From NCBI GenBank assembly GCA_036172245.1, contig JAYWIR010000045.1:1364001-1428000 (forward strand): a stretch of DNA of 64,000 bases, written 5' to 3'. Both the position numbers and the translations under genes were made by a program. Positions 14,021-26,500 of this stretch are shown here, piece by piece; positions within the stretch are counted from its first letter, which is position 1; each line of letters opens with the position of its first letter. The DNA comes from Raillietiella orientalis (taxonomy: Eukaryota). The notes under the pieces were generated by a model. It saw nothing but the letters and a program-made list of their open reading frames with translations, searched no databases and had not been told where the DNA came from.

Positions 14021-14191
14021 CACCGTCTCGGAAAATTCCAGCTCGACGCCTTGCCTGCAAAGATTGGATTCGAACACTCTCCTCTGCTCGGCCACTTCCG
14101 GATCGTCGCTCTTGCACACTACCAAAATGTAATCGATTCGTCTGCGACCATCCTTGAAGTACAAGGCCGTGTTGAGAGACTTCTTGCGGCC
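14021..14191 (-). CDS. Anoctamin/TMEM16 exon (start of the N-terminal dimerisation domain)
   Basis: GRKKSLNTALYFKDGRRRIDYILVVCKSDDPEVAEQRRVFESNLCRQGVELEFSETV matches the yF.DG.RrIDyvLv...R..FE.nL...GleLE motif. Acceptor gttcttcag, donor GTG|gtagga, 171 bp, phase 0/0. Confidence 0.85.
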
Positions 14192-14251
14192 CTGAAGAAC
14201 AACAAAGACACACCTCGGTGAGTCGAAACAACGGCACTTGTGTGGACTTGC

Positions 14252-14350
14252 TTTTAGCTCCGAGGATCCCTTGCGGCTGTCTTCCTGCCTCCCATTGGTA
14301 AAATTACCAGGTATCGGTTGCTGGGTTTCTCCGGGAAGGTTATTCATCAA
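14252..14350 (-). CDS. Probable upstream anoctamin exon (non-conserved N-terminus)
   Basis: In frame with the next exon; acceptor atcgtag and donor AAA|gcaagt define a 60-bp GC-AG intron (14192-14251). No conserved motif, so support is splice signals only. Confidence 0.45.
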
Positions 14351-15253
14351 CTACGATTGCTCGGTGTGTCCAGAATTCAAATCCAAACAGACCGCAACTC
14401 TTTTAATCGAAAGCTACCACAGTCGAAACTGATGGGGTAACAAAGAAAACAGGTAATCTGTTGATCTAGAAAGTGTGCAGCTGGGCAAAAACGAGAGGTC
14501 AAGAAGACCTGCATGAAAATCTGCTCAGGCCCGCATTGCTGTCAGCAAACTTCCCCTTTCCCCAAGCGCGTCACGCGAGTGGTCAGGTGCAGTTGGCGCG
14601 CACAACTGGACCGTTGCGTCACCTAGAAGGACGAGCCATCATCCTGCGGAACCCCCACTGCTATCCAAACAAGAAACCTCGTTCCGCATGAGACAAGAGG
14701 TCGACAGCAACCCATCCCGAATGGGAAGTTTCCAACTTCTTGAGCGACAAGTTGATCGTGATGGCTCATCGATTGTTAATGATGCTTTCATAAGGAGCAC
14801 CAGCAACGCATCCCTCAGAGTTCCAGTGATTCTTCCCCTTTGATCTTGGCCATCAGAGCCTTTGATCTTCCACAAGGGGCGCCGCCAGTGATGCATTCAT
14901 CGGATTCTGTGCCTTTCGAACAAGGCGAAGTGGTGAACCCGCCTTATGAAAAAAGCAGTGCTGCCAGACACTGACGTGGAGCAACAGGTATTGAGAGATG
15001 CGCGGAAATACAGCAGCATACAGCAGAGCTCTGTGCGCAGCGAATACGCAGCCCAGCGCTGGCAAACAGGGATTTGCGAATTCCATAAAGGAACGGGGGG
15101 AAGACGGCCGAATCGATAACCCTTCTTGCACGATGACTGTTCGAAAGGTCGACATCCGGTCTGGGCGCTCGGGCTGGTGGACGGATGGAGCAACAGTAGA
15201 AGAATGCGGGGGGGGGGGAGTTCTAGGCCAGCATCCGGTCCCGGTTTGAGGAG

Positions 15254-15425
15254 CGCGAGATTGAGTCTCCCTGCGCGAGGAGGCGCGCAGCACTCCGACA
15301 AAGCGTCGCTGGTCGGTCGACAAGCAGCCAGACGCGACTCTACCCCCCATGGCCGTAGGTTGCCCAACGGTCCCGCGCGCTGACGCACGCACCCTTAGCC
15401 GGGCGCGCCAACCGTCCTCAGCCAC
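15254..15425. repeat. 172-bp direct repeat, copy 2 (copy 1 at 12063-12233)
   Basis: Same alignment as copy 1. Confidence 0.95.
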
Positions 15426-16229
15426 GGGGACGAGGAAGAGGAGCAGGGGATTTCCTCTCTAGTGTGTGAATGTCTGACCTAAAAAGGGAGACCCAGGAGC
15501 ACCGGACGAAGCGTTCGGCAATTTTCGTGCGGTGCTGCAAACGCAGGCTAACGCGTCGCATCTACGAAGAGTATGTGCACGCTCCTGCTAGTGTTGTTCC
15601 TTACGGTTCGTGGATACGTACACACGTCCGCGATCGTGTATGGGGAAGTGTGCACGGGGATGTACTCATCTTTCTCGGTCTTCCCATTTTCTCGACGACG
15701 CAAAGCCGCCCCCTCCCAGAGAGGTCAGCTCTCCTCCAGCCACCCGCGACCATCGGGTCATGCCTGTCGCTTTTCTGGACTCTGCTCGTTCTTCCACAGC
15801 GAGGATGGGGTTTCGCTACCGGCTGGACCGTAGCTCCTCCTCGCCAACCGGGAAACGCGAAGGGCTCCTTGGGGAGGGGGGGAGGCGAGCCACGGAGGCG
15901 TGCCTCTCTCCAGAAACGACCCGCCTCGCTTTCTCGGGAAAGGTTGCATCCGCCATTGCCCAGAGGCCAGAAGGCTCGCACCTCTAAGGTTCAGAGAGGA
16001 CGAACCAGCATCCCTTCCGCAAAAGATGCGTCCTCTTGCCCTTCCGGAGACAAAGCGATTCGCAGCGAGAGTCTCCTTTTCCCGTAGACACACTCCCCAA
16101 GGAGGGATCCCTCTCCGGAGGCTCACGAGGCATCACCAGGCTCGAGGAGGGAAACCCTTTCGCGGTCCTCCGCAGGACTCCCGGATCGGCCGTGCGCGCT
16201 TTGCCGTGCTCTTCGAGAAGGGAAGGGGG

Positions 16230-16400
16230 GGAAGAGGAAGAAGTAAGGCTGGAGGGAGGGAAGTCTTCCACTTGGACATCCTTCCACGGTTCCCGGATGC
16301 CGCGATACGATCTTCGGGTTCCGCACCTGCCGGCAGACGCTTCCTCCGTCGCCTGCGGCGAAGTCCCTCGAAGGGAACAGGGAAGTGGCCCACGCCCCGT
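16230..16400 (+). repeat. Diverged repeat homologous to ~19160-19340; possible LINE ORF1 zinc-knuckle remnant
   Basis: Both share cgatcttcgggttcc..cacc.gcc.gca...tcctccgt.gcctgcggcgaagtccc; translations YDLRVPHLPADASSVACGEVP and CDLRVPHPPARTFSVACGEVP. Confidence 0.6.
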
Positions 16401-19400
16401 TCCTCCTCCTCAAAGATCGTTCTTGAAAGCCGGGCTCTGCGCCAGGCTGAATCCTTGGGAGGGCAGCTACGGGACTCCCGATCAGCCCCTACGGAGCACC
16501 CCGCGCAGAAGACTCCCAGCGGTTCTCTTTCCCGGCGGTCCGGAAGATCAGTTCCTCTAGTGGGAGCGGGAACGAGCCTCAGGAGAGCGCCCTCCCTTCT
16601 CCCTGGATCGGAAGGCCCCATGGAAGCAGGAGCCTCCGTCGGGAATGCTCCCCTCACGTGCCTTTTCCCGCCTGCGACTTCCCTGGCCCCCCTCCTCGCC
16701 GGAGCTGGACGCGGGATCACCGCTTGCTCCGACGGGGCTTTCAATAGCAGTGTCAGCGGCAGAGGGGGGAGGAGGGAAAAGAAATTGCAAAGCAGGAGGG
16801 GTGCCCCAGAATGCCGATCCTCCCCGGGGAACCCGGGAAGGGTGAGCGCTCCGAAATGATGCTGCAAGAGGGACCGACCTCACCCTCAGATCAGGTTCCT
16901 CCTGGCGGGTTTTGGGATGCTCTCGCGGCTCTCCCTACGACCTCTCCTCTTGGACGAGGAGCAGCTAATCAGCTTCCGTGAGTACTTCCCGGGCACTGAG
17001 GACTGACGGGATTAGCGTGGGGAGTCCCGATGGGATTATCCGACGCAAGAGGCGTCATCCCGAGACGGAGGGAGGGGACGATCCCAGGAGCAGGAGAGAG
17101 GATCGATGCGTGCGCCCGCTCCTGCAGAAAGGGGAACGGAGGGACCTGGGGAAGTTCGAAGAGGTGGGAGGTGAAACCGGAAACATTCTGGGAAGCGTCC
17201 GCCTCCTTCCCCTTCCGTCGTCCCAGGTTCGGGGAGCTGCAGTCCCTGGGGACGAGTGGGACTCTTCCTTCCCCGGACGGAAGCGGCGGCGCAGCGCCTC
17301 CCGTGGGCGCCGCGCCTGCCCCTTTCCGGAGCCACACCAACTCCGCCCCCCTCCGGCCTTCGCCGCTTCCCTCTCCCCCGGGATCGGGTGCGCTGCCATC
17401 CCTCACCCAGGGCGCCACACACCCCTCCGGCCTCCCCAAAGCAGCGATAGGGACAGGGAGCCGCACCCCATCCTTCCCGCCCTCCTCCCCTTGGCTACTC
17501 ACGCGTGAGATGCTTTCCCCTCCGCCGCGCGTCGGGCGCGCGGCGGAGGGGGACAGAGGAAGAAGGAAGGACGCCGTCTGCCACCCCCTTCCCGTCCGGC
17601 CGCGCCCGCGCTTCCTCCTCCTCCTCCGCCTTCGCCGCTCCCTGGGGGAAGGAACTGGCCGGGACACCTCCTCCTCCTCCTCCCTCACGCTGCGTTGTGC
17701 CGAGGGCGCTCCCGCCCGCCTGGGAGGAGCCCGAGGGATGCGCGCACGCATGCCCGTTCTCCCCTTTTTCCCGTCCCTCTTCCCCCCTTCCTTGGGAGGG
17801 ACGTCGCGTGTCCGGCGCGCCGGCGGCCCCCGCAAAGCACCCGCCTGCATAATTTAGCAGGCGGGGGGGGAGGTCGCGTGGCAACCGTCCAGGACGACGG
17901 TAGGGCGGGGAGACGGGCAGGAGTGGGGAGAGGAAGGGGGAAGCGCAAAAAAGGGAGGAGAGGAGGACCCAGCGGGTCCCTTTCCGTTTCCTCCCCGCGT
18001 AGTAGTCCTAGAGCATCCCTTGCGCGCGTACCCCTCCCCTTCCCCTCGTGTTCTCCCGTGGAAGAGGAAGCTCCCTGGAGCGGTACGCCTGCCCGTTCCG
18101 AGTTGACCCCGGACTCTTCGTGTGCTTTCCTTCCAGGGTACGGTCGTGGGAAAGGGGACGCGACTGTGGCGACCCCATGGGGCCCAGGAAATTCTCGCAG
18201 CGCGTACTTCCCTCCCAAGACGACCTGCCCCCAACCTGGCGGACAGAATGGGAGGAGAGGGGGGGCATCCACTCGCCTACTTTAGCACGGGCGGCAAGTG
18301 GGTGTTCCCCCCCTATCCGTCCGCGCTCCGGGGGCTCTCCCGACCTCTTCATCGCGTCCTCTTTGGAATCGGCGCCCTCGCGACTAGATCCCGCGCCCCC
18401 TCAGGGAGCGAGGAGACCCCCTTCCGGGGCGCTTCCGATGCGCCCTTCGTCGAACCGGAGCCATCCCCCTCACCATATCCCGCATAACTAGTGAGGGCCG
18501 GGACCTTCCTTCCCCTCCCCCCTCTTCCTATCCTGGGACCCATCTACGCCTGACTGTGAGGACGGCCGACTCCCCGACCCCCCCTTCGCGGAAAGAATAG
18601 GCGGCTCTTCCCTACGGGCTCCCGAGTGCGGCTTTCCTTCGGGGAGTGGGCGCAAGGAACGCGAAAGGGGGAGGCTCTTCCCACCCATTTCCTACCCTCT
18701 CTCTCCATTATCCCCTCGGGATTCGCGCTTGCGGGAGGACTCTGCGCGGATGGCCCTGTGAGTGGCAAAGCGGAGAGGATTCTCATATGCCCTGCCCCTC
18801 GACTGCTCCCGAAGGGAGGTGGGAAGGGCTCGGTCGTCCGCCATCACAGAGATGGGAGCCCTCGCTCTCGCCCTACTCCCCGCAGGGGAGCTCCTCTTTG
18901 GAGAGGAGGCGTCTACGGAAGCGAGTCCTCGGTGGGAGAGGGCGAGGGCCGTCGGCTCCGATTCCCCCGCCCTCAGCACCAAATCTGAGAGCGCATCGGG
19001 ACCAGAGGGGATCCCCTCTCTCCCTGGAGGGAGGGGCATTCGCGAAGCCGGCGGCTTAGGAGCCCCTCCTTGACCCCGGGGAAGTCCCAGTCGCCTGCAA
19101 CGGCCACGGCAAACGACGACCTGGACCCGGGGTGAAGGAGGATTTCGTGCTCGTCGACCCGGCGAGCCGACGATTCCGGAAGCAAGGGCGGAGGTGGCTG
19201 CAGGCACGTTCTCCGCTTTCCCATCCTTCCGCGGGTCCCGAATACTGCGATCTTCGGGTTCCACACCCGCCAGCAAGGACTTTCTCCGTTGCCTGCGGCG
19301 AAGTCCCCCAGTGGAAAGAGAGAGGCGGCCCACACCTCCCCTAGAGGGTAGACGGGACTGGGGTGCCGCCACCTGCAAGTAGAAGGGGGCGGCAGCGGCG

Positions 19401-21076
19401 CCATATTCTCCCGACCCGCCGACTTCCTACCCGCCGGAGAGGCGCTCTGCTCGGTTCGCGACACGGCTTGCCCTGGGCAGGGCTCCGAAGGCGCCTTGAC
19501 GACCCCTCGACAGCCCGCGCCCTGGAGGGTGCTCCTCCACGAAGGGGCTGGCAGCTGGTAGGCTGCGAGCACGGCGGGCTCCGCTTACCAGGAGATCTCG
19601 CCCTTCCCTGGGCTCGGGAGCAGCCCCCTAGCCAGACTTGGAACGGTGAGGGATGAGAGTCTCCACGCCGCTCTCCGCCGATGTGTCCGCCAGAAAAGGA
19701 CAAGGGCTGCCAGCAGGCTGCCCGGTCCCGCGAAGGGACAGCTGCTGCCACAAAGGAAAATGCTGGAAGGACAGCTGCTCCAGGCGAAGACACCGGGAAG
19801 TTCCGGGACTCGCTGCGGCAGCGTCCGGAGTACACGGCACGCCCACGCGCAGCCACTCGACGCCGCGGGACGAGCGTCCCGAAGGGACGGGGAGCGGTCA
19901 CGGAAACCGCCATCGAACGGGCCGTGGGACATGCGGTGGCAGCGAGCCAAAAGCGGCTGAGGTGCCACCCGGAAGCCTCGATCCGTTGCGTCGAGGTCGC
20001 GGCCCGTGCCAGGCAATGGAACGGAAGCCGCGGATCCCGAAGGTTCTCCGGAGCGCGCGAAGAGGCGAAAGCAGAGGAAGCCGGGAAAGGAGCAGCCTCC
20101 AGACGCTGCGTTGCACAGGACCGGGCAGGACCGAAAGAACCCAGACTGGGTGTTGGGGCCGCAGCGACATTCCTTCTCCGTGAGAGCTCGGAAAGGCCGT
20201 CCGCTTGAGAGGAGCGCAGACCCTGACGAGCAACCTGCTGTTCCGCGATCCCAGCCCGATCGGAAGGTCTTCTACAGAGGCCCTTCTTGAAGGAGGGCAT
20301 CCCAGAGATGCCTCGGATGCTGCACCTGGAGGCGTTCCCCTTTCGGCGCCTTTTCTGCAACTGGCTCCCGGTGCAGCATAGTGCTCCCGGCGGTGTTCCC
20401 CGGACAGGGCTTGCGCGGAGATGAGCCACGCGCACAGGAGCGATCGCTCACTTCCTCCACCAGAGGAAACCTTTCGCTTCCTGTTGTGTCACTCGGAAGG
20501 GTGTTCCCCGCAGAACAATGTTCGACGTGTCCGAGTGCGCGCTCACGGACGCGTCGCAGACAAGGAGTCTTCCGTCGCTCACGGCCAAGAAGCCACGATC
20601 CCCGGCCCTCAAGAGCGCAAGTGGACCGACGAAGGGGATGGCTGCACTCGGTGACGTTCCACCCCCTTCGAGCGGCGTGCAAACCGCGTAGGAACCACAT
20701 TAAAGGCGAGGAAGGAGAGCAGGCGGGCAGCCCGCAGCCAACGGCAAGAGTTGTCCGTCGCCGGGTCCGAGGGAGGTCCACCCTCACGCAGGATGGAGCC
20801 GTTTCGTCATGGAGGCGAGGCTGCACGAAACGAGTGGCGAGCACAAACGAAGGACGGGAGGTGGAATCGCCCTCTGGACCAACGACCCTCTTCCCATCCC
20901 TATGTACTCTAAGGTGAACTGAGTTTTCAGTGTTACGTTGCACGTTCGCGATCGTACTATTTTTATTTTTATTATTATTGTTAACAGTGCAGACGGCAAT
21001 ATCTCTTTATCGGAAACGGCCCAAGATAATTCCAGTCAATCAAAGAAATGAGCAAGCGAATGTGAACGCATGCATG

Positions 21077-21083
<7 letters not shown>

Positions 21084-21139
<56 letters not shown>

Positions 21140-21140
21140 T
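21084..21140. repeat. (TA)n microsatellite
   Basis: Directly visible, about 57 bp with one interruption. Confidence 0.99.
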
Positions 21141-21313
21141 GCAGCTCACTCCGTAATGTATATAAGCCTGGACAAATGGGACTCGAAGGTGGAGCATTGG
21201 CTGCAAATGTGGCGTGTGCTTCCGAGATTCGAGAATTTTCGAGAGGAGGAAAGGAGGAAGGCATTCGAGAAGGGAAACCGTTTGCAGCCACCGTGGAGAG
21301 CCTGCTAAAAGTG

Positions 21314-22205
21314 CAGTGGACTCCCCCATAACGCGAATTCGTACAACGCGACGCAAAAAGCGCCACCCATACTCACGCAGCGCGAGTCCCGTATAACGCG
21401 GAAGATGAATGGAGCACTTTCAAGTGCTTTTCGACTTTTTGTTCAGAAACGCAACATGTATACACTTGCCTGTTGTTTATATATACACCGGGAAGCTAGT
21501 GGTTATAAAAGACGCAAAAGTTCATCAAAAAATAAAAAATGCACATTTGAAGATATAAGGGGAAAATACTTTTATTTAGTTTTCAATTAAAACAAAATAA
21601 AAACACTTCGCTGTTTGACGTTTACCCACTATCATAGTTATCCGCAAAAAAGTTCCAACGACATCGTCTTTTTCATGTCCTCTGTACAGATTCATCTCTT
21701 GAAGATACCTTCGTAGTTTCGTCTTCATGATGATGGTTAGTGAAATTCTTCTTCCAGATCATTTTTCGCTTGCAAATATGGGGATAGACGATCATTCAGT
21801 CTCCTTTTAGATTCGATAGAGCGCTCTGTTGACGGAACCATTTTCATAGAATATGTTTCTAGCGTTTTGGCTTCCGTTATTTAGATTCCAAACTCAAATG
21901 TTGCTCCGGTTCGTCGAATGATCTCTCCTCATCTTCACTGGAACCGGAACAACGTGCTAATTCTGCTGATTCGGTTTCATCAATATCTTGGTTGTGATTG
22001 GGTCTCATTCTTTATCTGATTTAAAACAAGTTAATTGACAGTCTGTACACAGTGCAGCCATATTTGAAACCGACCCACATCTCATTAGCAATATGCGATC
22101 GGTACTGAAACTCAGAGGCATGCTTCAACTTACAGAAATTCATCTGACAATGCGTGTCTCGTATAACGCGGTTTCTTATAACCCGCGTTATACGGGAGTG
22201 CTTCA
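21314..22205 (-). mobile_element. Internally deleted Tigger/pogo-like DNA transposon remnant
   Basis: Left end CAGTGGACTCCCCCATAACGCG (21314-21335) is inverted relative to CGCGTTATACGGGAGT (22184-22199), with sub-terminal ATAACGCG copies. The minus strand reads PSTERSIESKRRLNDRLSPY, resembling the DP..ERS..f.r.l...l.pY C-terminus of Tigger transposases. Confidence 0.7.
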
Positions 22206-25103
22206 AAGATTAGGATGGCGTGAACTCGAAAGGTCGCCACTATTGGATACTGGGAACGACGCGAGCGTCCCCAGTCACTCACTCACTTCTGCAAGCGTCA
22301 ATGCTTGTCGTTGGTACCTGCAGTGTCCCCCGGCAGCCAGTCGCGACAAAAAGCTTGTCCGCTCCCGGTGTGCACACTCCCGTTCCCCCTCGGGACAGGC
22401 AGGCCGCACCCCCGCGACAGCGAGCAACGCGGCCGGCGCCCACGAGAAATCGCATCCTCGTCCGCGGAAGGAAGGAAGAAATGCTCTGGGCGACCCGAGC
22501 TGCGCGGTGACGCGGCGGTGGTAGGCCGTACTGAAAGGCTGCGGCGTTCTCCTTGTCGCCAAGTGCTTCCCTTCTGCCGCGAGCCGGGAGACATCCCGTC
22601 TCTTGTCCCTCACTGTCCTCACGGAGCAGGGCAGGTTGTTGCTTCGCTCCGTCTCGGGACGGCGAGGGACCCTGGCGTCGGAAAGAGTAACAAAAAATTC
22701 ATTAAAACTGCATCAGCACGCTGCATCCTGCGTGACGGAATGCCTTCCTGTTCGCGTGCTCGGCTTCTTCGGACGTCCGCCCCAACGGGGAGATGACGTC
22801 TCTGCTCTCTTCTCGAGGTGGTCACGATCGTCTTGGGACGAAATCTCCGTCCACCTGGAGACTCGAACCCGCGCCAGTCTGAAGGGGCAGGAGGACGGTT
22901 TCCCCGCGCTGCCCTTCGAACGACGGGGCTCGAAAGAGCGACGGCGGGCGAGTTCTTTTTATTTGTCTTCCCTCCCGCCGCCTGCCCCCCAAACTTTCCC
23001 GGCACTCGCGTGCGGACCGCACCCGAAAAAAGTCGGCGGTCAACAGCACTGTTTACTTTGCGCGACAACGCAGGTATCCGGTTTCCTGGAGGACTCCTTT
23101 GCCCGCAACGGCGTCCCTTGCGCTTCTCCGTCTTGCGCCCTCCTCCCGGGGCGGCGCAGCTGGTTCCGGCAGGCTCCGCTTGACCAGGAAACGCGATCGC
23201 AGACGATTGGTCGGTTCGAATTTCGCTGCAGGCGGGAAACAGGCAGCTCCCCTGCCGACCTCGTTGCGAGCTGGGAAGCGGCGGCCGGCGTTCGCGGTGG
23301 CGCCGACCGCTCGAAAGGGTTGTTCCCTTTCTTCGAGGAACGGGAGTACTCTTCCTGCCAACGCGAGGCGCAGCTGTGGCCACCTGAGCGGGCCCGGACC
23401 GGAAAGCCTCGATGCTTGCGCAAGGAGGCGAACGAAAGGGATGAAAAATCAAAGCCCGAAGAAAATGGAGTGGGTCGATCGCCGCACCTGGACCACCGGT
23501 TGCGGCTTTCCGCGGAGAGCGGTGAATTCTGCAGCCGAAGGATCCCCATGGGAGCAGGGTAGCCAAAGAACCGCTCTCCCAGTGGCCGTCCTTTCTAAGG
23601 CTGCAGCCCTGAGATTCGGCGGTGGGTGCCCCAGACATCTCTTCCCTCTTTTTTCTAGAGGACGCAAGAATGAGCCTTCCAGGTCGATGGTGCGTGTTAG
23701 CTCGGATGGGGTGGTCTCGCGCAGGTCGAGGGAAAATGGCGCGCGCGCATAGAAAGGATCGGGGAACACAGCAGTCGCTCCCGTGGTAGGTGCCAAGATG
23801 GTAGATTTAGTGCACAGAGAGCCCCCGGGCGGCATCGTCATAGGTAGGCGTTGTTGAATCCCGCCCGCGGTCCGGGCTGGGGAGGCAGTGCAGCTGACCA
23901 CAGCAAACATTGGCGGCCCGTGCTCGGGCGCACTATCTCCAGATGCCGCAAGGCCTTGCTTTCCCGCCTTCTGCCGAGCGGTCGTCCTGTCAACTTCCAG
24001 AGGGAGGCGGACGACTGCTGTTGAACCCACCGCTCTGCCTTAAGACTTGAACGATCGTGCGTCGCGAGCCCGAGGACACGAAGATGGAGGGAAACGGAGC
24101 GGGGATGGCCCAACTAACGGAGACTGCGTTTTCGGCAGTCTGCCGAAGACCGGGGGTGGAGCTTTGGATGCGCCGAACTGAAAGGAGGAACCAAGAGAGA
24201 GGAAGCGAAGAGCGAGGCGTCCTAAGCAAAAGACATTCAAAGAGAGGGACACGTGTACGCAACTAGCTTCCCATCCTGGTACGCCCGTCCTTTTTCTTTC
24301 AAAGTAAGTAAACCACGAATTTTGTGAAACTTCGGCAAGACATACGAAGGGACGATGCAAGGGAAGGGAGCTCCATTATGACCTCGGGCTTTGACCCATC
24401 GACCATGGGCCAGTGCTTGCACTCTGTGACTTCATCAGCCGGATGATCCGCTCGCTCGGGATGTGGTCCTCCAGCAGAGCTCGACCCGCTTCTTCTGCGC
24501 CCATTGGGCCCAGATCCCGCGCGGCAGGATAGAAAGGAGCACAAAGTACGGGAAGAGGATTCCACCGGGGATCGAACCCGGTTCCTCGAGTTCCATGCCG
24601 GATCTTCGGGACGCTCTGTTTCAAGAGTCCCCTTCGAGCTCCAAAGCCGCATCTCCCGAATTGTTCCACTGCCCGGAATCACGCGTTGCCAGGCTCGCCG
24701 TCAGGTGGGAGCCCCTGCGTCTGCCGAGTTTCCTCCCCCTTCCCAAAATAAATAAATAAGAAATGCAGCAAGAAAGAAAAGCTCAGGCAGGCACTATGCT
24801 ACCCCGGGCCCAAAGACAACCCGGTAGGGGGAAGGCCAACAAATAAAAGAGGGATGAAATCGATGGGGACCGCAGCGATGACCGCCGTTCTCGAGGGCTT
24901 GCGCCGGGAGGGAAGGCACCGACCGAGAAACCACCACTGGTTAACTCCCCAAGTCTGCCCGCAACGATCCCGATGAGCCCCTTTTATTCCTCCTGCCGAC
25001 TTGCGCACATGGCGTGCGGATGCATTGCGCGGCAGCTCTCTTCTTTTGCCTTGGATGACCGCAGTTGCCCGCAAATGACGCGAATGCCCGGTCAGAGAGG
25101 AGG

Positions 25104-26500
25104 CACCTGGTTGACACCCGCTCACGCCGGGGAGTTTATTTATAAAATAAACAAGCGTCTGTGGCAGGACGTTCGATCCGGTCACGTTGCTTATAACTAC
25201 GAGAAGGAAGCTGCCGGGAACTGGCACGCAGGCCAGTGGAGTTCGCCTCGTCAGCACAGAAGGGGAGACAAACAAAAAGAAAAAAACAAAACAAAAAACA
25301 TACGGTCAAAAAAATGGGGGAGGTTTGGGAAGGGATCGCTGTGTACTGGAGGGTGTCCTCTGCATCCTTGCCGGGATACCGGTAAGTTGCTGTTCTAGAA
25401 TTCCCAGATGGGGGGATATTGACGCTGTCCTCATGAAGAGGATAGCAAAATAGATGGCGTCCCTGACGTTCTGACCTCCTCTGGAGTTGCTCCATGCAGC
25501 CATGGTTCCGCTGCATGGGCAGCAAAGTGCTGCTAGGGATGCAACCGTTGTGAGGGCGTCTCGCAGGAAGAGGCTCTTTAAAACTCTCTGACGTTGCTGC
25601 CGGGGATTCCAAGGATCTCGACAAAGAGTCGCCAAAGGGGCCGGAGGGCAACACACGCCAATAGGAAGTGCGGGAGGGACTCCCGCTCCCCACACCTTGC
25701 ACAGTTTGGATCCACACACCCCGGTGTCCAATGATGCTGGCGGGCATGGCACTGCATTGCATTGATGCGACAGTGCAGCAGAATCAATGCTGACTCCTGC
25801 ACTTTAAGAGGAGAGTGCGGGTGTTCATGAGCACCGGGGGCCACTGCAGGTCTTCCTCCAGGATACCCAGTAGCACGCCCCAGCACAAGAGTCCATGAGG
25901 TTGAGCACTCGGGGTCGCAGCGTCGGTGGGCTGGCCCTTCGTCCACTCTCCCGGTCCTTCGATCCTTCCGGAGATTTCCACAGGAACCTCCCATCTAGCC
26001 GTAAGGCTTCTGCTGCCCACGTGTTCCCTAAGGGAGGGCAGTGCGACGGCGAGGGAAGTTCTGCTTGCCTACGCACTCTTCGCGGGATCTTCCAGCATCT
26101 CGCGGACCGTGCAGAGGAGGCACCTGGTAAATCCGGAGAGGCGAACCTGCTCCTCGATGGATCCCGGGAGAATACCGCCGGGCAGTCGGAGCGCCTCCGC
26201 CTTGAGCCTTCAGCAATTCCGTAGTTTGGAGCGTCGCGGACGCCACAAGGACGTACGGAAGAGTTTCCATGACTCCGAACTGCACGCATTCGCTGAAGGT
26301 ACTCCCAGCGAGTGCATGGTTGCGTTCCGGGGGAGTCCCCAGTGCACCACCGAAATGGCGATGTGCTCCCAACTCAGAAGGAGGGCATCGATCAGAGAGC
26401 ACGAGATCTCCAAACTTTCGTGGATGATCCCAAGGGAACCCTCCTCTCACTTTTGCGGACGCTGAGCAGAGTCCGTAGGCATGCTTTGGAGTGAGACCCC
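25104..26500 (-). mobile_element. 3' part of an L1/Tx1-like LINE (zf-RVT region and 3' UTR)
   Basis: CARCGERESLPHFLLACVALRPLW is a CCHC zf-RVT motif. Clear homology to 32421-33050 (LFLRDAL..ALCC..RDAIYF), then a U-rich 3' UTR and AATAAA. Confidence 0.8.

Larger units (their letters stand above)
19560..24200 (-). mobile_element. Highly degenerate L1/Tx1-like LINE ORF2 (APE, RT, C-terminal zinc finger), interrupted by an AT-rich insert at ~20910-22205
   Basis: In the expected order on the minus strand: GFN (GDFN-like, ~23860), DWR..SLQVD (RPISL-like, ~22850-22880), GVRPACP (GVRQGCP-like, ~22390-22410), then TCALEGRG (LCxPxxxGG-like, ~20600) beyond the insert. Frameshifted throughout; boundaries approximate. 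Confidence 0.5.

Noticed and set aside
12063..15425. LTR retrotransposon bounded by the direct repeats
   Set aside because: No TG..CA termini, PBS or PPT, and the interior holds a conserved host exon.
15470..20950. Many overlapping 200-360 aa ORFs on both strands
   Set aside because: Arg/Pro/Gly/Ser-rich read-through expected from high GC content; no coherent domains, and they overlap decayed TE sequence.
21036..21366. ORFs with YIYIYI runs
   Set aside because: These are translations of the (TA)n microsatellite.
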